Assembly (NCBI RefSeq): GCF_009914755.1
Contig: NC_060933.1
DNA length: 64,000 bases
DNA from: the human T2T-CHM13v2.0 reference genome, Homo sapiens
Reading direction: 5' to 3' (one strand)
Both the position numbers and the translations under genes were made by a program. The notes below the pieces were generated by a model. That model had not been told where the DNA came from, ran no database searches, and saw only the letters and a program-made list of their open reading frames with translations. Below, in pieces: positions 14,001 to 28,400 of this stretch; positions within the stretch are counted from its first letter, which is position 1; each line of letters starts with the position of its first letter.

Positions 14001-17000
14001 ATTCCATTCCATTCCATTCCGTTCCATTCCATTCCATTCCATTGTATTCGAATTAATTCCATTCCATTCCATTCCATTCCATTCTATTCCATTCCATTGC
14101 AATCGAGTTGAACCCATTGCATTTCATTCCATTCCATTCCATTCCATTCCATTCCGGAAGATTACATTCCATTGCATTCCATTCCATTCCATTCTCCTGC
14201 ACTCGCGTTGATTCCACTCCATTCCATTCCATTCCATTCCATTCCATTCCGTTTCGTTCCATTCCATTCCATTCCATTCCATTCCATTCCATTCCATTCC
14301 GTTCCATTCCATTCCATTCCATTCTATTCGGGTTAATTCCATTCCATTCCATTCGATTGCAATCGAGTTGATTCCATTCCATTCCATTCCATTCCATTCC
14401 ATTCCATATCATTCCGGAAGATTCCATTCCATAGCATTCCATTCCATTCCATTCCCCTGCACTCGCGTTGATTCCATTCCATTCCATGCCATTCCATTCC
14501 ATTCCGTTCTGTTCCATTCCATTCCATTCCATTCCATTCCATTCCGTTCCGTTCCTTTCCATTCCATTCCATTCTATTCGGGTTAATTCCATTCCATTCC
14601 ATTCGATTGCAATCGAGTTGATTCCATTCCATTCCATTCCATTCCTTTCCATTACATTACGGATGATTCCATTCCTTTGCATTCCATTCCATTCCATTCC
14701 CCTGTACTCGGGTTGATTCCATTCCTTTCCATTCCAATCCATGCCATTCCACTCGTGTTGATTCCATTCTTTCCATTCCATTCAAGTTGAATCCATTCCA
14801 TTGTATTCCATTCCATTCGATTCCATTCGATTGCACTCGGGTTGATTCCATTCCATTGCATTCCATTCCATTCCATTCCATTCCATTCCATTCCATTCCA
14901 TTCCGTTCCATTCCATTCCATTACATTCGGATTGATTCTATTCAATTCCCTTACACTCCATTACATTCCATTCCATTCGGGTAGTTTCCATTCCATTCCA
15001 TTCCATTCCTCTCCATTCCATTGCACTCGGGTTGATTCCATTCCATTCCATTCCATTCCATTCCCTTCCATTCCATTCCGTTCAATTCCATTCCATTCCA
15101 TTCCATTCCAATCCATTCCATTCCGTTCCGTTCCGTTCCATGCCATTCCATTCCATTCTATTCGGGTTAATTCCATTCCATTCCATTCCATTGCAATCGA
15201 GTTGATTCCATTCCATTCCATTCCATTCCATTCCATTCCATTCCATTCCTTTCCATTCCATTACGGATGATTCCATTCCATTGCATTCCATTCCATTCCA
15301 TTCCCCTGTACGCGGGTTGATTCCATTCCATTCCATTCCAATCCATGCCATTCCACTCGTGTTGATTCCATTCTTTCCATTCCATTCAAGTTGAATCCAT
15401 TCCATTGCCTTCCATTCCATTCCATTCCCCTGCAGTCGGGTTGATTCCATTCCATTCCATTGCATTCCATTCCATTCCATTCCATTCCGTTCCGTTCCAT
15501 TCCATTCCATTCCATTCTATTCGGGTTAATTCCATTCCATTCCATTCCATTCCATTCCAATCGAGTTGATTCCAATCCATTCCATTCCATTCCATTCCAC
15601 TCCATTCCAGTCCTTTCCATTCCATTCCACTCGGGTTGATTCCAATGTATTCCTTTCCATTCCATTCCATTCCATTGCAATCGAGTTGATTCCATTGCTT
15701 TGCATTCCATTCCATTCCATTCCATTCCGGATGATTCCATTCCATTGCATTCCATTCCATTCCATTCCCCTGCACTCGGGTTGATTCCATTCCATTCCAC
15801 TCCATTCCGTTCCATTCCATTCCATTCCATTGTATTCGGGTTAATTCCATTCCATTCAATTCCATTACAATCGAGTTGATTCCATTCCATTCCATTCCAT
15901 TCCAGTCCTTTCCATTCCATTCCACTCGGGTTGATTCCATTCTATTAGATTCCATTCCATTCCATTCCCTTCCATTCCACTCTGGTTGATACCATTCCTT
16001 TCCATTCCACTCGAATACATTCCCTAATATTCCACTCGGAACGATTCCATTCCATTCCATTCCATTCCATTCCATTTCGTTCCATTCCATTCTATTCCGT
16101 ATCATTCCATTCCATTCCATTCCATTCCATTCCATTCCATTCCATTCCATTCCGGATGATTCCATTCCATTGCATTCCTTTCCATTACATTCCCCTGAAC
16201 TCGCGTTGATTCCATTCCATTCCATTCCATTCCATTCCATTCCATTCCATTACAATTCGTTCCATTCCATTCTATTCCGTACCATTCCATTCCATTCCAT
16301 ACCATTCCATTCCATTCCATTCCATTCCATTCCGTTCCATTCCGTTCCATTCCTTTCCATTCCATTCTATTCGGATTAATTCCATTCCATTCCATTCCAT
16401 TCCATTCTATTCCATTCCATTGCAATCGAGTTGAATCCATTGCATTTCATTCCATTCCATTCCATTCCATTCCATTCCGGAAGATTCCATTCCATTGCAT
16501 TCCATTCCATTCCATTCCCCTGCACTCGCGTTGATTCCATTCCATTCCATTCCATTCCATTCCATTCCATTCCGTTCCGTTCCATTCCATTCCATTCCAT
16601 TCCATTCCATTCCATTCCATTCCGTTCCGTTCCGTTCCGTTCCATTCCATTCCATTCCATTCCATTCTATTCGGGTTAATTCCATTCCATTCCATTTGAT
16701 TGCAATCGAGTTGATTCCATTCCATTCCATTCCATTCCATTCCTTTCCATTCCATTACGGATGATTACATTCCATTGCATTCCATTCCATTCCATTCCCC
16801 TGTACTCGGGTTGATTCCATTCCATTCCATTCCAATCCATGCCATTCCACTCTTGTTGATTCCATTCTTTCCATTCCGTTCAAGTTGAATCCATTCCATT
16901 GCATTCCATTCCATTCGATTCCATTTGATTGCACTCGGGTTGATTCCATTCCATTGCATTCCATTCCATTCCATTCCATTCCATTACATTCCGTTCCATT

Positions 17001-18000
17001 CCATTCCATTACATTCGGATTGATTCTATTCAATTCCCTTACACTCCATTACATTCCATTCAATTCGGGTAGTTTCCATTCCATTCCATTCCATTCCTCT
17101 CCATTCCATTGCACTCGGGTTGATTCCATTCCATTGCATTCCATTCCATTCCATTCAATTCCATTCCGTTCCATTCCATTCCATTACATTCGGATTGATT
17201 CTATTCAACTCCCTTACTCTCCATTACATTCCATTCCATTCGGGTTGTTCCATTCCATTCCATTCCATTCCACTCCATTCCATTGCACTCGGGTTGATTC
17301 CATTCCATTCCATTCTATTCCATTCCATTCCATTCCATTCCGGAAGATTCCATTCCATTGCATTCCATTCCATTCCATTCCCCTGCACTCGCGTTTATTC
17401 CATTCCATTCTATTCTATTCCATTCCATTCCCTTCCTTTCCGTTCCATTCCATTCCATTCCATTCCATTCCATTCCATTCCGTTCCGTTCCATTCCATTC
17501 CATTCCATTCTATTCGGGTTAATTCCATTATATTCCATTCGATTGCAATCGAGTTGATTCCATTCCATTCCATTCCATTCCATTCCATTCCATTCCATTC
17601 CTTTCCATTCCATTACGGATGATTCCATTCCATTGCATTCCATTCCATTCCATTCCCCTGTACTCGGGTTGATTCCATTCCATTCCATTCCAATCCATGC
17701 CATTCCACTCGTGTTGATTCCATTCTTTCCATTCCATTCAAGTTGAATCCATTCCATTGCATTCCATTCCATTGCATTCCATTCGATTGCACTCGGGTTG
17801 ATTCCATTCCATTGCTTTCCATTCCATTCCATTCCATTCCATTCCTTTCCATTCCATTCCATTACATTCGGATTGATTCTATTCAACTCCCTTACTCTCC
17901 ATTACATTCCATTCCATTCGGGTTGTTCCATTCCATTCCATTCCATTCCACTCCATTCCATTGCACTCGGGTTTATTCCATTCCATTCCATTCCATTCCA
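5060..18000 (+). repeat. Recent higher-order tandem repeat, ~5.0-5.3 kb unit, ~2.5 copies (about 5060-10390, 10390-15400, 15400-18000)
   Basis: Private variants recur at offsets of about 5328 and 5008 bp: GCCTT at 5071/10399/15407, GATACC at 5652/10980/15988 and GAACTCGCG at 5861/11184/16197. Three 284-aa ORFs at 5050/10378/15386 mirror this spacing. Confidence 0.9.
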
Positions 18001-18399
18001 TTCCATTCCATTCCATTCCGGAAGATTCCATTCCGTTGCATTCCATTCCATTCCATTCCATTCCTTTCCGTTCCATTCCATTCCATTCCATTCCATTCCA
18101 ATGCATTCCATTCCGTTCCGTTCCGTTCCATTCCATTCCATTCCATTCTATTCGGGTTAATTCCATTCCATTCCGTTCGATTACAATCGAGTTGATTCCA
18201 TTCCATTCCATTCAATTCCATTCCATTCCATTCCATTCCTTTCCATTCCATTACGGATGATTCCATTCCATTGCATTCCATTCCATTCCATTCCCCTGTA
18301 CTCGGGTTGATTCCATTCCATTCCATTCCAATCCATGCCATTCCACTCGTGTTGATTCCATTCTTTCCATTCCATTCAAGTTGAATCCATTCCATTGCA

Positions 18400-21300
18400 T
18401 TCCATTCCTTTCCATTCCCCTGCAGTCGGGTTCTTTCCATTCCATTCCATTCCATTCCATTCCATTCCATTCCGTTCCGTTCCATTCCATTCCATTCCAT
18501 TCTATTCGGGTTAATTCCATTCCATTCCATTCCATTCCATTCCATTCCATTCCATTCGGGTTGATTCCATTCCATTCCATTCCATTCCATTCCACTCCAT
18601 TCCAGTCCTTTCCATTCCATTCCACTCGGGTTGATTCCAATGTATTCCTTTCCATTCCATTCCATTCCATTGCAATCGAGTTGATTCCATTGCTTTGCAT
18701 TCCATTCCATTCCATTCCATTCCGGATGATTCCATTCCATTGCATTCCATTCCATTCCATTCCCCTGCACTCGGGTTGATTCCATTCCATTCCACTCCAT
18801 TCCGTTCCATTCCATTCCATTGCATTGTATTCGGGTTAATTCCATTCCATTCCATTCCATTCCATTCCATTACAATCGAGTTGATTCCATTCCATTCCAT
18901 TCCATTCCAGTCCTTTCCATTCCATTCCACTCGGGTTGATTCCATTCTATTAGTTTCCATTCCATTCCATTCCCTTCCATTCCACTCTGGTTGATTCCAT
19001 TCCTTTCCATTCCACTCGAATACATTCCCTCCTATTCCACTCGGAACGATTCCATTCCATTCCATTCCATTCCATTCCATTCCATTCCATTCCATTCCAT
19101 TCCATTTCGTTCCATTCCATTCTATTCCATATCATTCCATTCCATTCCATTCCATTCCATTCCATTCCATTCCATTCCATTGTACTCGGGTTGATTCAAT
19201 TCCATTGCATTCCATTCCTTTCCATTCCATTCCATTCCGTTGCATTCCATTCCATTACATTCGGATTGATTCTATTCAACTCCCTTACTCTCCATTACAT
19301 TCCATTCCATTCGGGTTGTTCCATTCCATTCCATTCCATTCCATTCCAATCCATTCCATTGCACTCGGGTTGATTCCATTCCATTCCATTCCATTCCGGA
19401 TGATTCCATTCCATTGCATTCCGTTCCATTACATTCCCCTGCACTCCCGTTGATTCCATTCCATTACATTCCATTCCATTCCATTCCATTCCACTACAAT
19501 TCGTTCCATTCCATTCTATTCCGTACCATTCCATTCCATTCCATACCATTCCATTCCATTCCATTCCATTCCATTCCATTCTATTCGGATTAATTCCATT
19601 GCATTCCATTCCATTCCATTCTATTCCATTCCATTGCAATCGAGTTGAATCCATTGCATTTCATTCCATTCCATTCCATTCCATTCCATTCCATTCCAAT
19701 CCGGAAGATTCCATTCCATTGCATTCCATTCCATTCCAGTCCCCTGCACTCGCGTTGATTCCATTCCATTCCATTCCATTCCATTCCATTCCGTTCCGTT
19801 CCATTCCATTCCATTCCATTCCATTCCATTCCATTCCGTTCCGTTCCATTCCATTCCATTCCATTCTATTCGGGTTAATTCCATTCCATTCCATTCGATT
19901 GCAATCGAGTTGATTCCATTCCATTCCATTCCATTCCATTCCATTCCATTCCATTCCATTCCTTTCCATTCCATTACGGATGATTCCATTCCATTGCATT
20001 CCATTCCATTCCATTCCCCTGTACTCGGGTTGATTCCATTCCATTCCATTCCAATCCATGCCATTCCTCTCGTGTTGATTCCATTCTTTCCATTCCATTC
20101 AAGTTGAATCCATTCCATTGCATTCCATTACATTCGATTCCATTCGATTGCACTCGGGTTGATTCCATTCCATTGCATTCCATTCCATTCCATTCCATTC
20201 CATTCCATTCCGTTCCATTCCATTCCATTACATTCGGATTGATTCTATTCAATTCCCTTACACTCCATTACATTCCATTCCATTCGGGTAGTTTCCATTC
20301 CATTCCATTCCATTCCTCTCCATTCCATTGCACTTGGGTTGATTCCATTCCATTGCATTCCATTCCATTCCATTCAATTCCATTCCGTTCCATTCCATTC
20401 CATTACATTCGGATTGATTCTATTCAACTCCCTTACTCTCCATTACATTGCATTCCATTCGGGTTGTTCCATTCCATTCCATTCCATTCCACTCCATTCC
20501 ATTGCACTCGGGTTGATTCCATTCCATTCCATTCCATTCCGGAAGATTCCATTCTATTGCATTCCATTCCATTCCATTCCCCTGCACTCGCGTTGATTCC
20601 ATTCCATTCCATTCTATTCCATTCCATTCCCTTCCTTTCCGTTCCATTCCATTCCATTCCATTACATTCCATTCCGTTCCGTTCCATTCCATTCCATTCC
20701 ATTTTATTCGGGTTAATTCCATTCCATTCCATTCCACTCCATTCCATTGCACTCGGGTTTATTCCATTCCATTCCATTCCATTCCATTCCATTCCATTCC
20801 ATTCCGGAAGATTCCATTCCATTGCATTCCATTCCATTCCATTCCCCTGCACTCTCTTTGATTCCATTCCATTCCATTCCATTGCATTGCATTCCATTCC
20901 ATTCCGTTCAATTCCATTCCATTCCATTCCATTCCAATCCATTCCATTCCGTTCCGTTCCGTTCCATTCCATTCCATTCCATTCTATTCGGGTTAATTCC
21001 ATTCCATTCCATTCCATTGCAATCGAGTTGATTCCATTCCATTCCATTCCATTCCATTCCATTCCATTCCTTTCCTTTCCATTACGGATGATTCCATTTC
21101 ATTGCATTCCATTCCATTCCATTCCCCTGTACTCGGGTTGATTCCATTCCATTCTATTCCAATCCATGCCATTCCACTCGTGTTGATTCCATTCTTTCCA
21201 TTCCAGTCAAGTTGAATCCATTCCATTTCATTCCATTCCATTCCATTCCCCTGCAGTCGGGTTGTTTCCATTCCATTCCATTCCATTCCATTCCATTCCA

Positions 21301-24300
21301 TTCCGTTCCGTTCCTTTCCATTCCATTCCATTCCATTCTATTCGGATTAATTCCATTCCATTCCATTCCATTCCATTCCATTCCATTCCATTCCAATCGT
21401 GTTGATTCCATTCCAATCCATTCCATTCCATTCCACTCCATTCCAGTCCTTTCCATTCCATTCCACTCGGGTTGATTCCAATGTATTCCTTTCCATTCCA
21501 TTCCATTCCATTGCAATCGAGTTGATTCCATTGCTTTGCATTCCATTCCATTCCATTCCATTCCGGATGATTCCATTCCATTGCATTCCATTCCATTCCA
21601 TTCCCCTGCACTCGGGTTGATTCCATTCCATCCCACTCCATTCCGTTCCATTCCATTCCATTGCATTGTATTCGGGTTAATTCCATTCCATTCCATTCCA
21701 TTCCATTCCATTCCATTCCATTACAATCGAGTTGATTCCATTCCATTCCATTCCATTCCAGTCCTTTCCATTCCATTCCACTCGGGTTGATTCCATTCTA
21801 TTAGTTTCCATTCCATTCCATTCCCTTCCATTCCACTCTGGTTGATTCCATACCTTTCCATTCCACTCGAATACATTCCCTCCTATTCCACTCGGAACGA
21901 TTCCATTCCATTCCATTCCATTCCATTCCATTCCATTCCATTCCATTCCATTTCGTTCCATTCCATTCTATTCCATATCATTCCATTCCATTCCATTCCA
22001 TTCCATTCCATTCCATTCCATTCCATTGTACTCGGGTTGATTCAATTCCATTGCATTCCATTCCATTCCATTCCATTCCATTCCGTTGCATTCCATTCCA
22101 TTACATTCGGATTGATTCTATTCAACTCCCTTACTCTCCATTACATTCCATTCCATTCGGGTTGTTCCATTCCATTCCATTCCATTCCAATCCATTCCAT
22201 TGCACTCGGGTTGATTACTTTCCATTCCATTCCATTCCGGATGATTCCATTCCATTGCATTCCGTTCCATTACATTCCCCTGCACTCGTGTTGATTCCAT
22301 TCCATTCCATTCCATTCCATTCATTTCCATTCCATTACAATTCGTTCCATTCCATTCTATTCCGTACCATTCCATTCCATTCCATACCATTCCATTCCAT
22401 TCCATTCCATTCCATTCCATTCCATTCCATTCTATTCGGATTAATTCCATTCCATTCCATTCCATTCCATTCTATTCCATTCCATTGCAATCGAGTTGAA
22501 TCCATTGCATTTCATTCCATTCCATTCCATTCCATTCCATTCCATTCCAATCCGGAAGATTCCATTCCATTGCATTCCGTTCCATTCCATTCCCCTGCAC
22601 TCGCGTTGATTCCATTCCATTCCATTCCATTCCATTCCATTCCGTTCCGTTCCATTCCATTCCATTCCATTCCATTCCATTCCATTCTGTTCCGTTCCAT
22701 TCCATTCCATTCCATTCTATTCGGGTTAATTCCATTCCATTCCATTCGATTGCAATCGAGTTGATTCCATTCCATTCCATTCCATTCCATTCCATTCCAT
22801 TCCTTTCCATTCCATTACGGATGATTCCATTCCATTGCATTCCATTCCATTCCATTCCCCTGTACTCGGGTTGATTCCATTCCATTCCATTCCAATCCAT
22901 GCCATTCCACTCGTGTTGATTCCATTCTTTCCATTCCATTCAACTTAAATCCATTCCATTGCATTCCATTCCATTCGATTCCATTTGATTTCACTCGGGT
23001 TGATTCCATTCCATTGCATTCCATTCCATTCCGTTCCATTCCATTCCATTCCGTTCCATTCCATTCCATTACATTCGGATTGATTCTATTCAATTCCCTT
23101 ACACTCCATTACATTCCATTCCATTCGGGTAGTTTCCATTCCATTCCATTCCATTCCTCTCCATTCCATTGAACTCGGGTTGATTCCATTCCATTCCATT
23201 CCATTCCATTCCATTCAATTCCATTCCGTTCCATTCCATTCCATTACATTCGGATTGATTCTATTCAACTCCCTTACTCTCCATTACATTCCATTCCATT
23301 CGGGTTGTTCCATTCCATTCCATTCCTTTCCATTCCATTCCATTACATTCGGATTGATTCTATTCAACTCCCTTACTCTCCATTACATTCCATTCCATTC
23401 GGGTTGTTCCATTCCATTCCATTCCATTCCACTCCATTCCATTGCACTCGGGTTTATTCCATTCCATTCCATTCCATTCCCTTGCACTCGCGTTGATTCC
23501 ATTCCATTCCATACCATTCCATTCCATTCCTTTCCGTTCCATTCCATTCCATTCCATTCCATTCCATTCCAATGCATTCCATTCCGTTCCGTTCCGTTCC
23601 ATTCCATTCCATTCCATTCTATTCGGGTTAATTCCATTCCATTCCGTTCGATTGCAATCGAGTTGATTCCATTCCATTCCATTCAATTCCATTCCATTCC
23701 ATTCCATTCCTTTCCATTCCATTACGGATGATTCCATTCCATTGCATTCCATTCCATTCCATTCCCCTGTACTCGGGTTGATTCCATTCCATTCCATTCC
23801 AATCCATGCCATTCCACTCGTGTTGATTCCATTCTTTCCATTCCATTCAAGTTGAATCCATTCCATTGCATTCCATTCCATTCCATTCCCCTGCAGTCGG
23901 GTTCTTTCCATTCCATTCCATTCCATTCCATTCCATTCCATTCCGTTCCGTTCCATTCCATTCCATTCCATTCTATTCGGGTTAATTCCATTCCATTCCA
24001 TTCCATTCCATTCCATTCCATTCCATTCCATTCCATTCGTGTTGATTCCATTCCATTCCATTCCATTCCATTCCACTCCATTCCAGTCCTTTCCATTCCA
24101 TTCCACTCGGGTTGATTCCAATGTATTCCTTTCCATTCCATTCCATTCCATTGCAATCGAGTTGATTCCATTGCTTTGCATTCCATTCCATTCCATTCCC
24201 CTGCACTCGGTTTGATTCCATTCCATTCCACTCCATTCCGTTCCATTCCATTCCATTCCATTCCAAAGTATTCGGGTTAATTCCATTCCATTCCATTCCA

Positions 24301-25480
24301 TTCCGTTCCATTCCATTACAATCGTGTTGATTCCATTCCATTCCATTCCTTTCCAGTCCTTTCCATTCCATTCCACTCGGGTTGATTCCATTCTATTAGT
24401 TTCCATTCCATTCCATTCCCTTCCATTCCACTCTGGTTGATTCCATTCCTTTCCATTCCACTCGAATACATTCCCTCCTATTCCACTCGGAACGATTCCA
24501 TTCCATTCCATTCCATTCCATTCCATTCCATTCCATTCCATTCCATTTCGTTCCATTCCATTCTATTCCATATCATTCCATTCCATTCCATTCCATTCCA
24601 TTCCATTCCATTCCATTCCATTCCATTCCATTGTACTCGGGTTGATTCAATTCCATTGCATTCCATTACATTCCATTCCATTCCATTCCGTTGCATTCCA
24701 TTCCATTACATTCGGATTGATTCTATTCAACTCCCTTACTCTCCATTACATTCCATTCCATTCGGGTTGTTCCATTCCATTCCATTCCATTCCAATCCAT
24801 TCCATTGCACTCGGGTTGATTACATACCATTCCATTCCATTCCAATCCATTCCATTGCACTCGGGTTGATTACATTCCATTCCATTCCATTCCGGATGAT
24901 TCCATTCCATTGCATTCCGTTCCATTTCATTCCACTGCACTCGCGTTGATTCCATTCCATTCCATTCCATTCCATTCCATTCCATTCCATTACAATTCGT
25001 TACATTCCATTCTATTCCGTACCATTCCATTCCATTCCATACCATTCCATTCCATTCCATTCCATTCCATTCCATTCTATTCGGATTAATTCCATTCCAT
25101 TCCATTCCATTCCATTCCATTCTATTCCATTCCATTGCAATCGAGTTGAATCCATTGCATTTCATTCCATTCCATTCCATTCCATTCCAATCCGGAAGAT
25201 TCCATTCCATTGCATTCCATTCCATTCCATTCCCCTGCACTCGCGTTGATTCCATTCCATTCCATTCCATTCCATTCCGTTCCGTTCCATTCCATTCCAT
25301 TCCATTAAATTCCATTCCATTCCGTTCCGTTCCATTCCATTCCATTCCATTCTATTCGGGTTAATTCCATTCCATTCCATTCGATTGCAATCGAGTTGAT
25401 TCCATTCCATTCCATTCCATTCCATTCCATTCCATTCCTTTCCATTCCATTACGGATGATTCCATTCCATTGCATTCCAT
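18400..25480 (+). repeat. Three related copies of the ~2.6-2.85 kb basal higher-order unit
   Basis: Shared private variants: CCATATCATT at 19127/21973/24568 and CCAAT-CCGGAAG with CCGG at 19701/22552/25192. Confidence 0.8.
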
Positions 25481-28400
25481 TCCATTCCATTCCCCTGTAC
25501 TCGCGTTGATTCCATTCCATTCCATTCTATTCCATTCCATTCCCTTCCTTTCCGTTCCATTCCATTCCATTCCATTCCATTCCATTCCGTTCCGTTCCAT
25601 TCCATTCCATTCCATTCTATTCGGGTTAATTCCATTCCATTCCATTCAATTGCAATCGAGTTGATTCCATTCCATTCCATTCCATTCCATTCCATTCCAT
25701 TCCTTTCCATTCCATTACGGATGATTCCATTCCATTGCATTCCATTCCATTCCATTCCCCTGTACTCGGGTTGATTCCATTCCATTGCATTCCAATCCAT
25801 GCCCTTCCACTCGTGTTGATTCCATTCTTTCCATTCCATTCAAGTTGAATCCATTCCATTGCATTCCATTCCATTCGATTCCATTCGATTGCACTTGGGT
25901 TGATTCCATTCCATTGCATTCCATTCCATTCCATTCCGTTACATTCCATTCCATTACATTCGGATTGATTCTATTCAATTCCCTTACACTCGATTACATT
26001 CCATTCCATTCGTGTAGTTTCCATTCCATTCCATTCCATTCCTCTCCATTCCATTGAACTCTGGTTGATTCCATTCCATTGCATTCCATTCCATTCCATT
26101 CAATTCCATTCCGTTCCATTCCATTCCATTACATTCGGATTGATTCTATTCAACTCCCTTACTCTCCATTACATTCCATTCCATTCGGGTTGTTCCATTC
26201 CATTCCATTCCATTCAACTCCATTCCATTGCACTCGGGTTTATTCCATTCCATTCCATTCCATTCCATTCCATTCCATTCCATTCCATTCCGGAAGATTC
26301 CATTCCATTGCATTCCATTCCATTCCATTGCCCTGCACTCTCGTTGATTCCATTCCATTCCATTCCATTCCATTCCATTCCATTCCATTCCATTTCATTC
26401 CGTTCCGTTCCGTTCCGTTCCATTCCATTCCATTCCATTCTATTCGGGTTAATTCCATTCCATTCCATTCGATTGCAATCGAGTTGATTCCATTCCATTC
26501 CATTCCATTCCATTCCATTCCTTTCCATTCCATTACGGATGATTCCATTCCATTGCATTCCATTCCATTCCATTCCCCTGTACTCGGGTTGATTCCATTC
26601 CATTCCATTCCAATCCATGCCATTCCACTCGTGTTGATTCCATTCTTTCCATTCCATTCAAGTTGAATCCATTCCATTTCATTCCATTCCATTCCATTCC
26701 CCTGCAGTCGGGTTGTTTCCATTCCATTCCATTCCATTCCATTCCATTCCATTCCATTCCGGAAGATTCCATTCCATTGCATTCCATTCCATTCCATTCC
26801 CCTGCACTCTCGTTGATTCCATTCCATTCCATTCCATTCCATTCCATTCCATTCCAATCAAGCTGATTCCATTCCATTCCATTCCATTGCATTCCATTCC
26901 ATTCCACTCCATTCCAGTCCTTTCCATTCCATTCCACTCGGGTTGATTCCAATGTATTCCTTTCCATTCCATTCCATTCCATTGCAATCGAGTTGATTCC
27001 ATTGCTTTGCATTCCATTCCATTCCATTCCATTCCGGATGATTCCATTCCATTGCATTCCATTCCATTCTATTCCCCTGCACTCGGGTTGATTCCATTCC
27101 ATTGCATTCCATTCCATTCCATTCAATTCCATTCCGTTCCATTCCATTCCATTACATTCGGATTGATTCTATTCAACTCCCTTACTCTCCATTACATTCC
27201 ATTCCATTCGGGTTGTTCCATTCCATTCCATTCCATTCCACTCCATTCCATTGCACTCGGGTTGATTCCATTCCATTCCATTCCATTCCATTCCATTCCA
27301 TTCCATTCCGGAAGATTCCATTCCATTGCATTCCATTCCATTCCATTCCCCTGCACTCGCGTTGATTCCATTCCATTCCATTATATTCCATTTCATTCCC
27401 TTCCTTTCCGTTCCATTCCACTCCATTCCATTCCATTCCGTTCCGTTCCATTCCATTCCATTCCATTCTATTCGGGTTAATTCCATTCCATTCCATTCGA
27501 TTGCAATCGAGTTGATTCCATTCCATTCCATTTCGTTCCATTCCATTCTATTCCGTATCATTCCATTCCATTCCATTCCATTCCATTCCATTCCATTCCA
27601 TTCCATTCCTTTCCATTCCATTACGGATGATTCCATTCCATTGCATTCCATTCCATTCCATTCCCCTGTACTCGGGTTGATTCCATTCCATTCCATTCCA
27701 ATCCATGCCATTCCACTCGTGTTGATTCCATTCTTTCCATTCCATTCAAGTTGAATCCATTCCATTGCATTCCATTCCATTCGATTCCATTCGATTGCAC
27801 TCGGGTTGATTCCATTCCATTGCATTCCATTCCATTCCATTCCATTCGATTGCACTCGGGTTGATTCCATTCCATTGCATTCCATTCCATTCCATTCCAT
27901 TCCATTCCATTCCGTTCCATTCCATTTCATTACATTCAGATTGATTCTATTCAATTCCCTTACACTCCATTATATTCCAATCCATTCTGGTTGTCTCCAT
28001 TCCATTCCATTCCATTTCACTCCATTCCATTGCACTCGTGTTGATTCCATTCCATTCCATTCCATTGTATTCCTTTCCATTCCATTCCGGATGATTCCAT
28101 TCCATTGCATTCCATTCCATTCCATTCAAGTTGAATCCATTCCATTGCATTCCATTCCATTCGATTCCATTCGATTGCACTCGGGTTGATTCCATGGCAT
28201 TGCATTCCATTCCATTCCATTCCATTCCATACCATTCCATTCCATTCCTTTCCATTCCATTCCATTCCATTCCATTCGGATTCATTCTATTCAATTCGCT
28301 TACACTCCATTGCATTCCATTCCATTCGTGTAGTTTCCATTCCATTCCATTCCATTCCTCTCCATTCCATTGCACTCGGGTTGATTCCATTCCATTCCAT

